64,000 bases of DNA. Origin: an uncultured Acidobacteriota bacterium (GTDB taxonomy: Bacteria > Acidobacteriota > Terriglobia > Terriglobales > Acidobacteriaceae). The stretch covers positions 253,812 to 317,811 of the forward strand of contig CAWHLO010000003.1 of the NCBI GenBank assembly GCA_963830225.1, given 5' to 3'. Position numbers and translations under genes: made by a program. Every line of letters begins with the position of its first letter. The first letter of the stretch is position 1. The notes beneath the pieces were generated by a model. The model ran no database searches. It saw nothing but the letters and a program-made list of their open reading frames with translations, and was not told the origin of the DNA. Shown here one piece after another: positions 19,492-28,860 of this stretch.

Positions 19492-20759
19492 GAAATCAGG
19501 CACAAGGTAAGATCGCTTACGTTCTGAAGCGCTATCCGCGCCTCTCTGAGACGTTCATCCTGAACGAGGTTCGCGCTCTGGAGCGATTAGGAACAAAACT
19601 ACACATCTTCTCGCTGATGCAGGCTGAGGGATCGCTCACCCATCCAACGGTCCAGGAGGTGCATGCGCCGGTTACCTACTTTCCGGCGCAGTGGTTTGCC
19701 GCGGCTGTTGCAGTGGTCAAGGCACATGTGCAGATGGCAGCCTGGGCTCGCTCGCGCTACCTGCACGCGACCCTGCTCGCTCTTTGGTGGTCAGTGAGGT
19801 CGCGCCGGCCGCAGAGCGTGTGGAAACAATTCCTGCGTTCCGGCTACGTGGCCATGGGCTGCCGGCAGCACAGCATCCAGCACCTTCATGCCCACTTCGC
19901 CAACGCGCCGGCCACCGTCGCGCGTCTGGCGGCCGTCATATGCGACATCCCGTATAGTTTCACGACGCATGCCAAGGACCTTTACCTAACACCACAGAAG
20001 GTAATGCGGCGGCGGATTTCGTCGGCACAATTCGTCCTGACATGCACACGCTACAACCTGCAATATCTGCGCGGCTTCGCTCGTCCCGAAGACCGCGACA
20101 AGATACATCTGGTCTACCACGGCATCGACCTTACCGAGTTCGCCTTGCCCTCGGCGCGGAGCGAAGGCGCAGTGAACGACGGTGACGACGAGGACGCGCC
20201 ACTGATTCTGTCAGTCGGACGGCTCGTCGAGAAAAAAGGCATGCCCGACCTTATTTCCGCCTTTCACCTGTTGACACAGCGCGGGGTGCGATTTCGCAGC
20301 GTAATTGTTGGAGAAGGACCGCTTCGGGGACAGCTTGAAACGCAAATCGACAATCTACGCCTGGGCCATCGCGTAAAGCTGCCGGGAGCGATGGCTCATG
20401 ATCGCCTGGTTGATTTCTATGAGCAGGCCAGCATATTTGCTCTTTCTCCACGTGTCACGGAAAACGGGGATCGAGATGGAATTCCGAATGTCCTCGCCGA
20501 AGCTATGGCGTCTGGGGTTCCGGTAGTAACCACGTCTGTGTCGGGAATTCCGGAGTTGGTAGAAGACGGCAAGACAGGGTTGCTGGTTGACGCCAAGGAT
20601 CCAGAGGCGCTGGCTGCCGCCATCGAACGCCTGCTACGCGACGTGGCACTCAGGCAGAAACTGGCCGTTGCCGCCCGGCGCAAAATCGAAACCGGCTTCG
20701 AATGCTGGGAAACCGCGAAAGCATTGCGCGTTTTGCTACCGGCGGGTGTTCAGGCATGA
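19488..20759 (+). CDS. Glycosyltransferase family 4 (WcaL-like)
   Basis: YVLKRYPRLSETFILNEV, HLHAHFAN, SFTTHAKD, VGRLVEKKG, DRDGIPNVLAEAMASG; ATGA overlap with upstream gene. Confidence 0.92.
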   Translation: MRNQAQGKIAYVLKRYPRLSETFILNEVRALERLGTKLHIFSLMQAEGSLTHPTVQEVHAPVTYFPAQWFAAAVAVVKAHVQMAAWARSRYLHATLLALWWSVRSRRPQSVWKQFLRSGYVAMGCRQHSIQHLHAHFANAPATVARLAAVICDIPYSFTTHAKDLYLTPQKVMRRRISSAQFVLTCTRYNLQYLRGFARPEDRDKIHLVYHGIDLTEFALPSARSEGAVNDGDDEDAPLILSVGRLVEKKGMPDLISAFHLLTQRGVRFRSVIVGEGPLRGQLETQIDNLRLGHRVKLPGAMAHDRLVDFYEQASIFALSPRVTENGDRDGIPNVLAEAMASGVPVVTTSVSGIPELVEDGKTGLLVDAKDPEALAAAIERLLRDVALRQKLAVAARRKIETGFECWETAKALRVLLPAGVQA

Positions 20760-22003
20760 AAATCGCTTACTTATGTGCAGATCGCGGCGTGCCCGTTCTG
20801 GGCCACAAGGGCGCGTCAGTGCACGTGCGTGAATTTGTCAGCGCGCTCGCAAGACAGGGGCATGACGTCGTGCTTCTCTGCGCGAAGCTGGGCAGCGGGA
20901 ATGACTGTCCACCTGTTCGAGTGGTTGAATTGCCACCGGAGAAAAATCGTGCCACTTTGATTGCAGAGGGCGCCATGCTCGGTTTGGCGGGCGTGGAAGA
21001 GGACCCAATTCTCTTCCGCGAAGTGGAAAAGTTGGCCAACGACCGGCAGCTTTCCGCGCGTGTACTCGAGTCGCTACACCAGCTTGGCTTCAGGCCAGAT
21101 GCGATCTACGAACGTTATGCCCTTTTCCACCGCGCCGGCAATGAGATCGCAAATGCGCTGCGAATCCCTCGCATACTGGAAATGAATGCGCCCCTGGTTG
21201 AAGAACAGGAGCGTTTCAGAGGGCTGCGTTTGAAACGCATTGCCGAGGAGGTATCCCGCGAATCATTGCGCGGCGCGAGTCATATCATCGCTGTCTCAGC
21301 AGCGGTGAAAGAGGCGGCAGTGGCCAGCGGCGTGGCGGCTGGACGCATTAGCGTAATGCCGAACGGCGTGGATACCACGCGGTTCCATTCCGGAGCGGGC
21401 GAAGGATTGATTCGCGAGCGCTATGGGCTGAAGAGCAATCCAGTAATCGGCTTCATCGGCAGTCTGAAGCCTTGGCATGGCCTGGATTTTCTGCTCGATG
21501 CTTTTGAGGAGATACACTCGGCGCGTCCTGATGCTGTGCTCATGATCGTTGGCGACGGCCCGGGCATGGCCGCTTTGCAGTCGCGAGTCGCGCAAGAGAA
21601 CCTCCAGGAGCGCGTCATCCTCGCTGGGCACGTTCCGTACGCTGAAATCCCCGCTTACCTCTCGGCGATGGATCTGACGGTTGCTCCCTACGATGCACAG
21701 GACGGTTTCTATTTCTCGCCGCTGAAGGTAGTGGAGTCGCTCGCGGCGGGCTGCCCGGTAGTAGCACCTGAGCTCGGACAGATATCGGATCTCATCCAGA
21801 ACGGTTTGACTGGACTGCTGTATCCGCCCGGGGATTCAGCGGCTCTCGCCGGCCAGGTGATCGAACTACTGAACGATGCGCAACGGCGCGGAGAAATGGG
21901 CTGTGCGGCGGCGGCGGTGGCGAGGGAGAAATTTTCCTGGGATAAGAACGCACAGTATGCAGTCGAGCTGATGAGCCAACTGTCGCTGCAAGAGGTCCGC
22001 TGA
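20756..22003 (+). CDS. Glycosyltransferase family 4
   Basis: MKIAYLCAD..GASVHV, YERY, GFIGSLKPWHG, FYFSPLKVVESLAAG; ATGA overlap. Confidence 0.92.
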   Translation: MKIAYLCADRGVPVLGHKGASVHVREFVSALARQGHDVVLLCAKLGSGNDCPPVRVVELPPEKNRATLIAEGAMLGLAGVEEDPILFREVEKLANDRQLSARVLESLHQLGFRPDAIYERYALFHRAGNEIANALRIPRILEMNAPLVEEQERFRGLRLKRIAEEVSRESLRGASHIIAVSAAVKEAAVASGVAAGRISVMPNGVDTTRFHSGAGEGLIRERYGLKSNPVIGFIGSLKPWHGLDFLLDAFEEIHSARPDAVLMIVGDGPGMAALQSRVAQENLQERVILAGHVPYAEIPAYLSAMDLTVAPYDAQDGFYFSPLKVVESLAAGCPVVAPELGQISDLIQNGLTGLLYPPGDSAALAGQVIELLNDAQRRGEMGCAAAAVAREKFSWDKNAQYAVELMSQLSLQEVR

Positions 22004-23898
22004 TGGAAGCCAATCTCCACTCGAAGGATCGCGCGTTCTCCTTATGGACGCTTCGCCGATACTTGCGTCCCTACTTGCCTGAGTTGACCACTGCCGCCAG
22101 TTTGATGACGGCAAGATCGGTCTTTCTGCTTTTTGCACCCTGGCCATTGAAGCTGATCCTCGACAGCGTAATCCTTCGCAAGCCGTTGCCATGGTGGGCA
22201 GCGGGACTCTTGCCGAACCCGCTCACTCACCGCTTTGCTCTGCTGGAGTACCTGGGCACTGCCCTGCTCTTTGTGGGGATTGCCGACGCCACATTGGCCT
22301 ATCTGGGCAACCGGCTGCTGCTGCGTACCGGACAGCGCACGGTTTTCGATATTCGTCGCGATCTCTTTGCACACATACAGAGGCTTTCTCTGTCATTCCA
22401 CCGCCGACAGAGAGCCGGGGACCTTATGTCCCGGCTCGGTGGAGACATTCAGACTCTCCAGAACTTTGTTGTGGGAATTGGAACCGGCCTATTCGCGCAT
22501 GTTCTCACCATGGCAGGCATGGTCGCCATCATGTTAATGATCGACTGGCGTTATGCGCTTGTCGTGCTGGCCGCTGCGCCGGTGCTGCTTCTCCTTGTAC
22601 AGAATTATGCTACGAGGCTGACGAAGGCCTTGCGCCTGGCCCGAAGGAAAGAGGGCGAGCTTTGGGGCAAGGTTCAAGAGGTCATTTCCAACGTTCACCT
22701 GGTGCAAGCCTACGGCCGCGAGACTCACGAAGACGATCGCTTCGCCGAACAGGCCGGACTGTCGCTCGATGCGACCCTGGAGGCCAGCGAGTTGCAATCG
22801 CAATTCACTCCTCTGATAGGTTTGGTGATGGCCTTGGCCACAGGAGTTGTGGTCTGGTACGGCGCCGTTCAAGTTCTTGCCGGAAAGATTACGGCAGGAG
22901 ATCTTCTCGTCTTCCTCGCCTACCTGCGAGGCTTGGCGACTCCAGTCCGTCAGATTGCCAAAATGGCCGGCGTGATGGGGAAATCGTCTGTTGCGGCAGA
23001 ACGCATCGGGGATGTGTTCTCGGCGGAGTCGGAGATTCGTGAACCATCCAATCCTCGAGTCGCAATTTCTTGTGCAGGCAGCGTCGAATTCCGGTCTGTA
23101 GATTTTGGATACTTTCCCGGGGCACCGGTGCTGCATGACATTTCGTTCCGTGTCGAGTCCGGCCAAACCATAGCTTTAGTAGGATCGACGGGCGCGGGCA
23201 AGAGCACGCTGGTCAGTCTCATCTCCCGCTTCTATGATCCGGCATGCGGCCAAATCCTTCTGGATGGACATGACCTGCGGGAAATGCCGCTGGCATTTGT
23301 GCGTAACCAAGTGGCACTAGTCCCGCAAGAGGTTCTGGTCTTCCACGGCTCCGTCTGGGAAAACATCGCCTACGGCCGTGCCGGCGCTGGTCGCGAGGAC
23401 GCAATTACAGCGGCGCAAGCGGCGGGAATCCACGACCGCATTGCACGCTTTCCCGATGGCTATGACACCGTTGTGGGCGAGCGAGGTATGACCCTCTCTG
23501 GCGGACAGCGCCAGTGCCTTTCAATTGCGCGGGCGATGCTGCGAAATGCTCCCATCGTGATTCTGGACGAACCGACAACGGGTTTGGATGCGAAGACTGA
23601 GCGCATCGTGGCGGAGGCTTTGCGCCGTCTCACCGAGGGGCGCACGACTTTTGTGATTGCACATCGTCTCGCCACGATAACGGCGGCCGACCGCATCCTC
23701 GTGCTTGAACGCGGACGGTTAGTACAAACGGGGACGCACAAGCAGCTTTTGCAGGAGGAGGGCCGGTATCGCCACCTCTGGATATCTGCGTTTGGCGGAG
23801 CACCCCCAATCGCTTCGCAAGAGAGTTTTGACGAGTGTCTACCGTGGCCGGCAGAGGTTGACGCTCCTTTGGACAATGCAACTTTGACGCGCGCATAG
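22003..23898 (+). CDS. ABC exporter, fused permease/ATPase (MsbA-like)
   Basis: TM domain then GSTGAGKST, LSGGQRQ, IVILDEPT; TGATG coupling. Confidence 0.93.
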   Translation: MEANLHSKDRAFSLWTLRRYLRPYLPELTTAASLMTARSVFLLFAPWPLKLILDSVILRKPLPWWAAGLLPNPLTHRFALLEYLGTALLFVGIADATLAYLGNRLLLRTGQRTVFDIRRDLFAHIQRLSLSFHRRQRAGDLMSRLGGDIQTLQNFVVGIGTGLFAHVLTMAGMVAIMLMIDWRYALVVLAAAPVLLLLVQNYATRLTKALRLARRKEGELWGKVQEVISNVHLVQAYGRETHEDDRFAEQAGLSLDATLEASELQSQFTPLIGLVMALATGVVVWYGAVQVLAGKITAGDLLVFLAYLRGLATPVRQIAKMAGVMGKSSVAAERIGDVFSAESEIREPSNPRVAISCAGSVEFRSVDFGYFPGAPVLHDISFRVESGQTIALVGSTGAGKSTLVSLISRFYDPACGQILLDGHDLREMPLAFVRNQVALVPQEVLVFHGSVWENIAYGRAGAGREDAITAAQAAGIHDRIARFPDGYDTVVGERGMTLSGGQRQCLSIARAMLRNAPIVILDEPTTGLDAKTERIVAEALRRLTEGRTTFVIAHRLATITAADRILVLERGRLVQTGTHKQLLQEEGRYRHLWISAFGGAPPIASQESFDECLPWPAEVDAPLDNATLTRA

Positions 23899-24089
23899 AT
23901 AGGAGAGGGTCAGCTTCACGCGACGAACATGGAACGATGAATCTCTCGCAGCCTCACCGTTCTTTCTTCAACAGCAGAACCAATGGATATGTTGTGCTGC
24001 GGCTGTAACTGACCCACGTCCAAGTGGCTTGGCACCAGCCTCAATCACACGAAGAAACGCAGGCAGCGCAGGCTGCATAGGAGCAAGGA

Positions 24090-25394
24090 ATGAGAAAGAT
24101 AGCAGTTTTTGGAGTGGGCTACGTTGGATTGACAACCGCTGCCTGTCTTGCGGAACTAGGACATCGCGTCACAGGTTATGACGTGCAGGAGACGAAGGTC
24201 GAGGGGCTTCGCAACGGACAGATGCCGTTTGTCGAACCTGAACTTGGGCCGCTGGTCTCACGCCACGTCTCGACGGGACAGCTCACCTTTACTGCGAACA
24301 TCGGAGAGGCTCTGGAATCCGCTGAGATGGCATTCGTCTGCGTGGGTACGCCTATGGGACCAACAGGAGCTGCCGACTTATCGCAGGTGGAAGAAGCCTT
24401 GCGGCAAATTGGCCGCCAGGTAACCCGCAGCCTCGTTGTCGTATTGAAGAGCACCATCCCTCCCGGCGGAACCGCCGATCGGTTCGCAGAAATCCTCTCC
24501 GGCGAGTTGCGACCGCCGGCAACCGCTCACCTTATTGTGAATCCTGAGTTTCTGCGCGAAGGTTCGGCCGTCCATGATTTCTTTTGTCCGGATCGTGTTG
24601 TCGTGGGCGCGTGGAACCGCGTTGCCGCCGAGCAGGTTGCCGGCCTGTATGCTCCTTTGGGCTGCCCCGTTGTGTTAACTGATCCTGCCAGCGCACAGCT
24701 GACGAAATACGCAGCCAATGCGTTCCTTGCCACCAAGATCTCTTTCATCAACGATGTCGCCCGCATCGCGGAAGCGGTAGGCGCGAACGTCCAGGCGGTT
24801 GCTCAAGGAATTGGTCTGGATGCGCGCATCGGCGGGGACTTTCTTGAACCCGGTCTGGGCTACGGAGGTTCCTGCTTCCCCAAGGACGTACGCGCGCTCG
24901 CCGCTGTCGCCAGTCACAACGGCTACGATTCTCCGCTTCTGCGAGCCGTAATGGATATCAATGCAGGTCAACGCCGCCTTGCAGTTGAGAAGCTTGGCGC
25001 CGTACTTGACGGAGTGGACCGCAAGAAGGTCTGCGTGCTGGGGCTCGCCTTCAAGCCAGATACCGATGACGTGCGGGAAGCACCCGCACTGGACATCATC
25101 GCGAGACTCTGCGACCAGGGTGCGACGGTGCAGGCATACGATCCGGCAGCCAAAGCAACCGCAGAGAAAGTCCTGCCTGCGCACGAGCGCTTGCGTTACT
25201 GCAGCGACGCTTATGAAGCGGCTGAAGACAGCGACGCCATCTTTATCGCAACCAACTGGCCGGAATTTCGAGACCTTGACTGGCAACGCATCGGTTCAGC
25301 GATGACCGCCAAAACCGTCGTCGACGGCCGCGGAATGCTTTCCGCGTACCACATGAACGAAATGGGATTTAGTTACTTCGGATTTGCCGTTTGA
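24090..25394 (+). CDS. ugd: UDP-glucose 6-dehydrogenase
   Basis: GVGYVGL, FVCVGTP, VLKSTIPPG, NPEFLREG, KYAANAFLATKISFIN, YGGSCFPKD, GLAFKPDTDDVRE. Confidence 0.92.
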   Translation: MRKIAVFGVGYVGLTTAACLAELGHRVTGYDVQETKVEGLRNGQMPFVEPELGPLVSRHVSTGQLTFTANIGEALESAEMAFVCVGTPMGPTGAADLSQVEEALRQIGRQVTRSLVVVLKSTIPPGGTADRFAEILSGELRPPATAHLIVNPEFLREGSAVHDFFCPDRVVVGAWNRVAAEQVAGLYAPLGCPVVLTDPASAQLTKYAANAFLATKISFINDVARIAEAVGANVQAVAQGIGLDARIGGDFLEPGLGYGGSCFPKDVRALAAVASHNGYDSPLLRAVMDINAGQRRLAVEKLGAVLDGVDRKKVCVLGLAFKPDTDDVREAPALDIIARLCDQGATVQAYDPAAKATAEKVLPAHERLRYCSDAYEAAEDSDAIFIATNWPEFRDLDWQRIGSAMTAKTVVDGRGMLSAYHMNEMGFSYFGFAV

Positions 25395-25437
25395 TGCCGA
25401 CTTGCCTAGGTTGGCATCCACTTGGAAGCACAACGCC

Positions 25438-26301
25438 ATGAAGATGAGAGTGAGACTTTGTGTTTTGATCCTGGCCGGGTGCCTGAGCGGGCCCGCCTTG
25501 CCGCTGCGCGTGATGGCGCAGACGCTGCCCCCCGCCGGCTTAGGCAAGGTCAAGATGGAAACGCGTTTCTATCATGCCAACAGCGTATTCTCTTCCACGA
25601 ATTTTGATGTCCAGAAGCTTCCCAGCAAGAAAACCGTTACCGGGAGACTGACAAAGATCGTCGGCGAATACGGACTGAACTACAATTGGGCCCTCCTGTT
25701 CCGTGTTCGGTTTGCTTCGGTGGACAAAACAAAAAAAGCGAAAACCTCAAGCGCATTTGGTTTGCAGGATCAAACCATCGGACTGGAACGTGGATTTCGA
25801 CAGGAAGAGGCTTTCACCGAAGCCGTGGATTTCAAGGTGATCATTCCCACCGGGTCCACGACAAGTGTCCCCCAGCTCGGCACGGGCCATTGGGCCATCG
25901 AGCCAGACTATGGATTCGGTTTCGCGCATCATTTTCACCGACGGTTTGTATACGCCAATTCATGGTTCGGCACACGCATCTTCCCAGATAGCGGTGCTAC
26001 CCAATTGCGTATAACTTCGGAGACCGGGGGGCGGGCGTTTTCAAAGGTGAATGCCTTTGGCACCTTATTCCTTTCGCGAAACCTGGAAGGCGGGGATCCC
26101 ACAGCAACGGGGGGAATTCCAAATGCTACCGAAGTCTACAACTTATTACGGGTTGGCGGAGGAGTAGAGTTTGCCAAATGGAAATCGGTACGGCCAATGA
26201 TCGCGTACCAGACAGACGTTGCTGGACAAGGCATTCACGCCGGTAGCAGGATCGTGGTTGGTATGACAATGCATATTGGCCGCGTCCGCCGGCCGTACTG
26301 A
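25438..26301 (+). CDS. Exported hypothetical protein, probable outer-membrane beta-barrel (COG4313-like)
   Basis: Signal peptide; amphipathic strands; GLQDQTIG..., KVIIPTG...LGTGHW.IE pattern; family assignment is an inference. Confidence 0.5.
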   Translation: MKMRVRLCVLILAGCLSGPALPLRVMAQTLPPAGLGKVKMETRFYHANSVFSSTNFDVQKLPSKKTVTGRLTKIVGEYGLNYNWALLFRVRFASVDKTKKAKTSSAFGLQDQTIGLERGFRQEEAFTEAVDFKVIIPTGSTTSVPQLGTGHWAIEPDYGFGFAHHFHRRFVYANSWFGTRIFPDSGATQLRITSETGGRAFSKVNAFGTLFLSRNLEGGDPTATGGIPNATEVYNLLRVGGGVEFAKWKSVRPMIAYQTDVAGQGIHAGSRIVVGMTMHIGRVRRPY

Positions 26302-26309
26302 GGTTGCAG

Positions 26310-26888
26310 ATGGGATCAACGTTGTTTCTGGTGCGCCACGCAGAGACCGAGTGGAACAGGGCGGGGCGTTACCAGGGGCAAAGCGATCCTCCATTGTCCG
26401 CGTACGGTGAAATGCAAGCAAAGCACTTGGCCAGTTCCATGGCGTCCATTCACGTCTCCGCGGTGCTTACAAGTCCGCTGCAGCGCGCCAGGAAGACTGC
26501 GGTTGCTTTGGCGGAACGCACCGGCCTTGCCGCCGTGAGTGACGATCGGTTGATGGAACTCGCCTATGGCCAATGGGAGGGTCTGACTCAAGCGGAGGTC
26601 AAGAGCAGATGGCCGGAACTTTTGCGATTGTGGAAGAGAGCGCCCGATCAGATAAGATTCCCCGGCGGAGAGACCCTTCATGATCTTCGATGCCGAGTGC
26701 AATCGTTTCTCTCGGAGGTGGCACGGCAGCCCGGTCCTGTTCTCGCCGTCACGCACGAAGCCGTGATTCGGATTGCCATCCTGGAAGTACGTGGTGAGCC
26801 TCTTTCCGAGTATCGTCGTGTTCATGTCGCAAATGCTTCGGTCACGCCGATCCCTTTGCGCGCAAATCGTCTTCCTCAGTGCCATTGA
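26310..26888 (+). CDS. Histidine phosphatase family protein (PGM/CobC-like)
   Basis: LVRHAETEWN...QGQSDPPL, TSPLQRA, ELAYGQWEG, PGGET, VTHEAVIR. Confidence 0.9.
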   Translation: MGSTLFLVRHAETEWNRAGRYQGQSDPPLSAYGEMQAKHLASSMASIHVSAVLTSPLQRARKTAVALAERTGLAAVSDDRLMELAYGQWEGLTQAEVKSRWPELLRLWKRAPDQIRFPGGETLHDLRCRVQSFLSEVARQPGPVLAVTHEAVIRIAILEVRGEPLSEYRRVHVANASVTPIPLRANRLPQCH

Positions 26889-27049
26889 GTATTCCTGGCC
26901 ACTAGCAGATTCAATTCGTGCCTGTGCCTGAGCGTATCTTCGAATCGGCTGTCACAGCGTCAATCAACAGGTCGATTCGAGTTAATGACGAGAGACGGTC
27001 TGGCAACTCTGCGAGTATCCCGCGCCCAATCGGCTCGGGAACAGAAAGC

Positions 27050-27260
27050 GGTGTATGCGGAACAGATCACCGGAAAACACGCTGCCTCCTGCAGGCATTG
27101 GCTCGACCAGAATGTTCGCTGGATCATCACGCCTGTGGAAAAGCAGGCTATCCAGCGGTTCCGCAGCGATCAAGAGCACGATTTGTTCACCCGCCAATTC
27201 TGGGAGCTGTGCAACCCACCCCCGTATGCATGGCTTCCTTCCGGTTCCTCATTTAAATCC
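27050..27260 (+). pseudogene. GWxTD-domain gene remnant
   Basis: HWLDQNVRWIITPVEKQAIQRFRSDQEHDLFTRQFWELCNP matches the N-terminal half of the GWxTD domain; similarity is lost before the GWxTD motif. Confidence 0.65.
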
Positions 27261-27622
27261 ACGCCTTCTCAATGTCTACGGATGTCCAGAAATGTCTATT
27301 TCCGCAAGAGACTTGCGCTCGTTTTTGAAACTGTTCAACAGTCTCTGTTGAAGCGGAGTGGGCACTCAGTCGAGCGTACTTGTTTCAAGGTCCTACGCTC
27401 TCAGTCGAGACGATGGTTCGCCAGCCGGCAGATCCAGTTCAATCCCAAGTCCAAATGTAAATCGATGTATTGTTATACATTGTTGTGCAAATCGCAGACA
27501 TAATCCTGCCTGCCTTTTTCGCGGCGGTAGCGGCGGAGTCTTTTCCAATCGAAAGATGAGCCTGAAGGAGTCGAAGGGGAGTGGGAAGCGGGGCTCCTTT
27601 CTGAGTGGAGGATGAAGACACA

Positions 27623-28723
27623 CTAGTGTCCTGAGTCATTAATTCGCTTACAAAAGCGAGTGACGGAATCGAGAATCTGGTCTGCTGTTTTATGCCAGAT
27701 AAAGGGTTTTGGGTCGCGGTTGTGGTGTTCGATGAAGTCGTTGATGGCGGCTTTTAGTTCTTTGGTCGAGCGATGGACGCCGCGTCGAAGCCGGCGTTCT
27801 GTGAGCAGGGCGAACCAGCGTTCCACCAGGTTCAACCATGAGGCAGAGGTGGGCGTGAAGTGAACATGGAAGCGGGGCCGTTTCAGCAGCCAATTCTGAA
27901 TCAGCTTGGTTTTATGCGTTCCGTAGTTGTCCATGATGAGGTGGACGTCCAGTTCTTCGGGCACGTTCTTCTCGATGGTGTCGAGGAAGCTGCGGAACTC
28001 TTCGGAACGATGGCGTTGCTGGTTCTGGCCTATGATCTTGCCAGTTTTGGTGTCCAGCGCGGCAAACAGGCTGGTGGTGCCGTGCCGCGCATAGTCGTGG
28101 GTGCGGCGTTCGACCTGCCCAGGTCCCATGGGCAACAGCGGCGCGGTTCGATCCAGAGCTTGTATCTGCGACTTTTCATCCACGCATAAGACCAGCGCGC
28201 GCTCCGGAGGGTTCATGTAAAGCCCCACGATGTCGCGCACCTTGTCGATAAACAGCGGGTCTTTGGATAACTTGAACGTCTCGGAGCGATGCGGGGCCAG
28301 AGAAAAGGCGCGCCAGATGCGGCTGATCGCGGTCTGGTTGATGCCTGTAGCCTGTGCCATCGTACGGGTTGACCAATGGGTGGCAGCGGGCGGCTTGCTC
28401 TCCAGCGTGCGCACGATGACTTCTTCGATCTGAGCATCGCTCAGTTTGCGTGGCTGTCCGGGACGCGGCTCATCGAGCAGTCCATCCAATCCCCGCTCAT
28501 CAAACCTGCGCCACCATTTACTGACCGTTTGAATACACGCATGCGTTTCTGTAGCGATGGCCGTAGCGGTCAGTCCCTCGGAGGCGCGCAATATGATCCG
28601 TGCTCGCATCGAAAGCGCCTGCGCGGTCTTCCTCCTCCGCGTCCAACCCTGCAAGGTACTGCGCTGCTCCTCGCTCAGTTCCAACTTCGGCAAACGGCGT
28701 CCTCGTCTCATGACCTCGCTCAT
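27623..28723 (-). CDS. IS630-family transposase
   Basis: HTH region ([21 protein letters not shown]); triad [27 protein letters not shown]; frame intact. Confidence 0.95.
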   Translation of the reverse strand: MSEVMRRGRRLPKLELSEEQRSTLQGWTRRRKTAQALSMRARIILRASEGLTATAIATETHACIQTVSKWWRRFDERGLDGLLDEPRPGQPRKLSDAQIEEVIVRTLESKPPAATHWSTRTMAQATGINQTAISRIWRAFSLAPHRSETFKLSKDPLFIDKVRDIVGLYMNPPERALVLCVDEKSQIQALDRTAPLLPMGPGQVERRTHDYARHGTTSLFAALDTKTGKIIGQNQQRHRSEEFRSFLDTIEKNVPEELDVHLIMDNYGTHKTKLIQNWLLKRPRFHVHFTPTSASWLNLVERWFALLTERRLRRGVHRSTKELKAAINDFIEHHNRDPKPFIWHKTADQILDSVTRFCKRINDSGH

Positions 28724-28779
28724 GTCATGTTAGACGCTGCTTGTCGATAAATGTGTAATGAATTAATGACTCAGTACAC
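27626..28779 (-). mobile_element. IS630-family element
   Basis: TIRs GTGTCCTGAGTCATTAATTC / GTGTACTGAGTCATTAATTC (1 mismatch), flanked by duplicated TA within CTAG. Confidence 0.93.
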
Positions 28780-28795
28780 TAGCAGCAGTAGCCGT

Positions 28796-28844
28796 GGGGA
28801 GGGAATGTGGGAATCAGCTTTATCGATTTCCACATTTCCTCCCC
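28796..28844. repeat. 20-bp-stem imperfect palindrome in the 3' non-coding part of the outer IS
   Basis: GGGGAGGGAATGTGGGAATC-agctttatc-GATTTCCACATTTCCTCCCC. Confidence 0.85.
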
Positions 28845-28860
28845 CAGGCCGCGGCGTGTT

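Noticed and set aside
27523-27536. GGCGGTAGC, resembling the RfaH ops element, at the IS target upstream of upxY-1
   Set aside because: Lacks the terminal TG of ops, lies upstream of the likely promoter (30151-78), and short GC-rich matches are expected by chance
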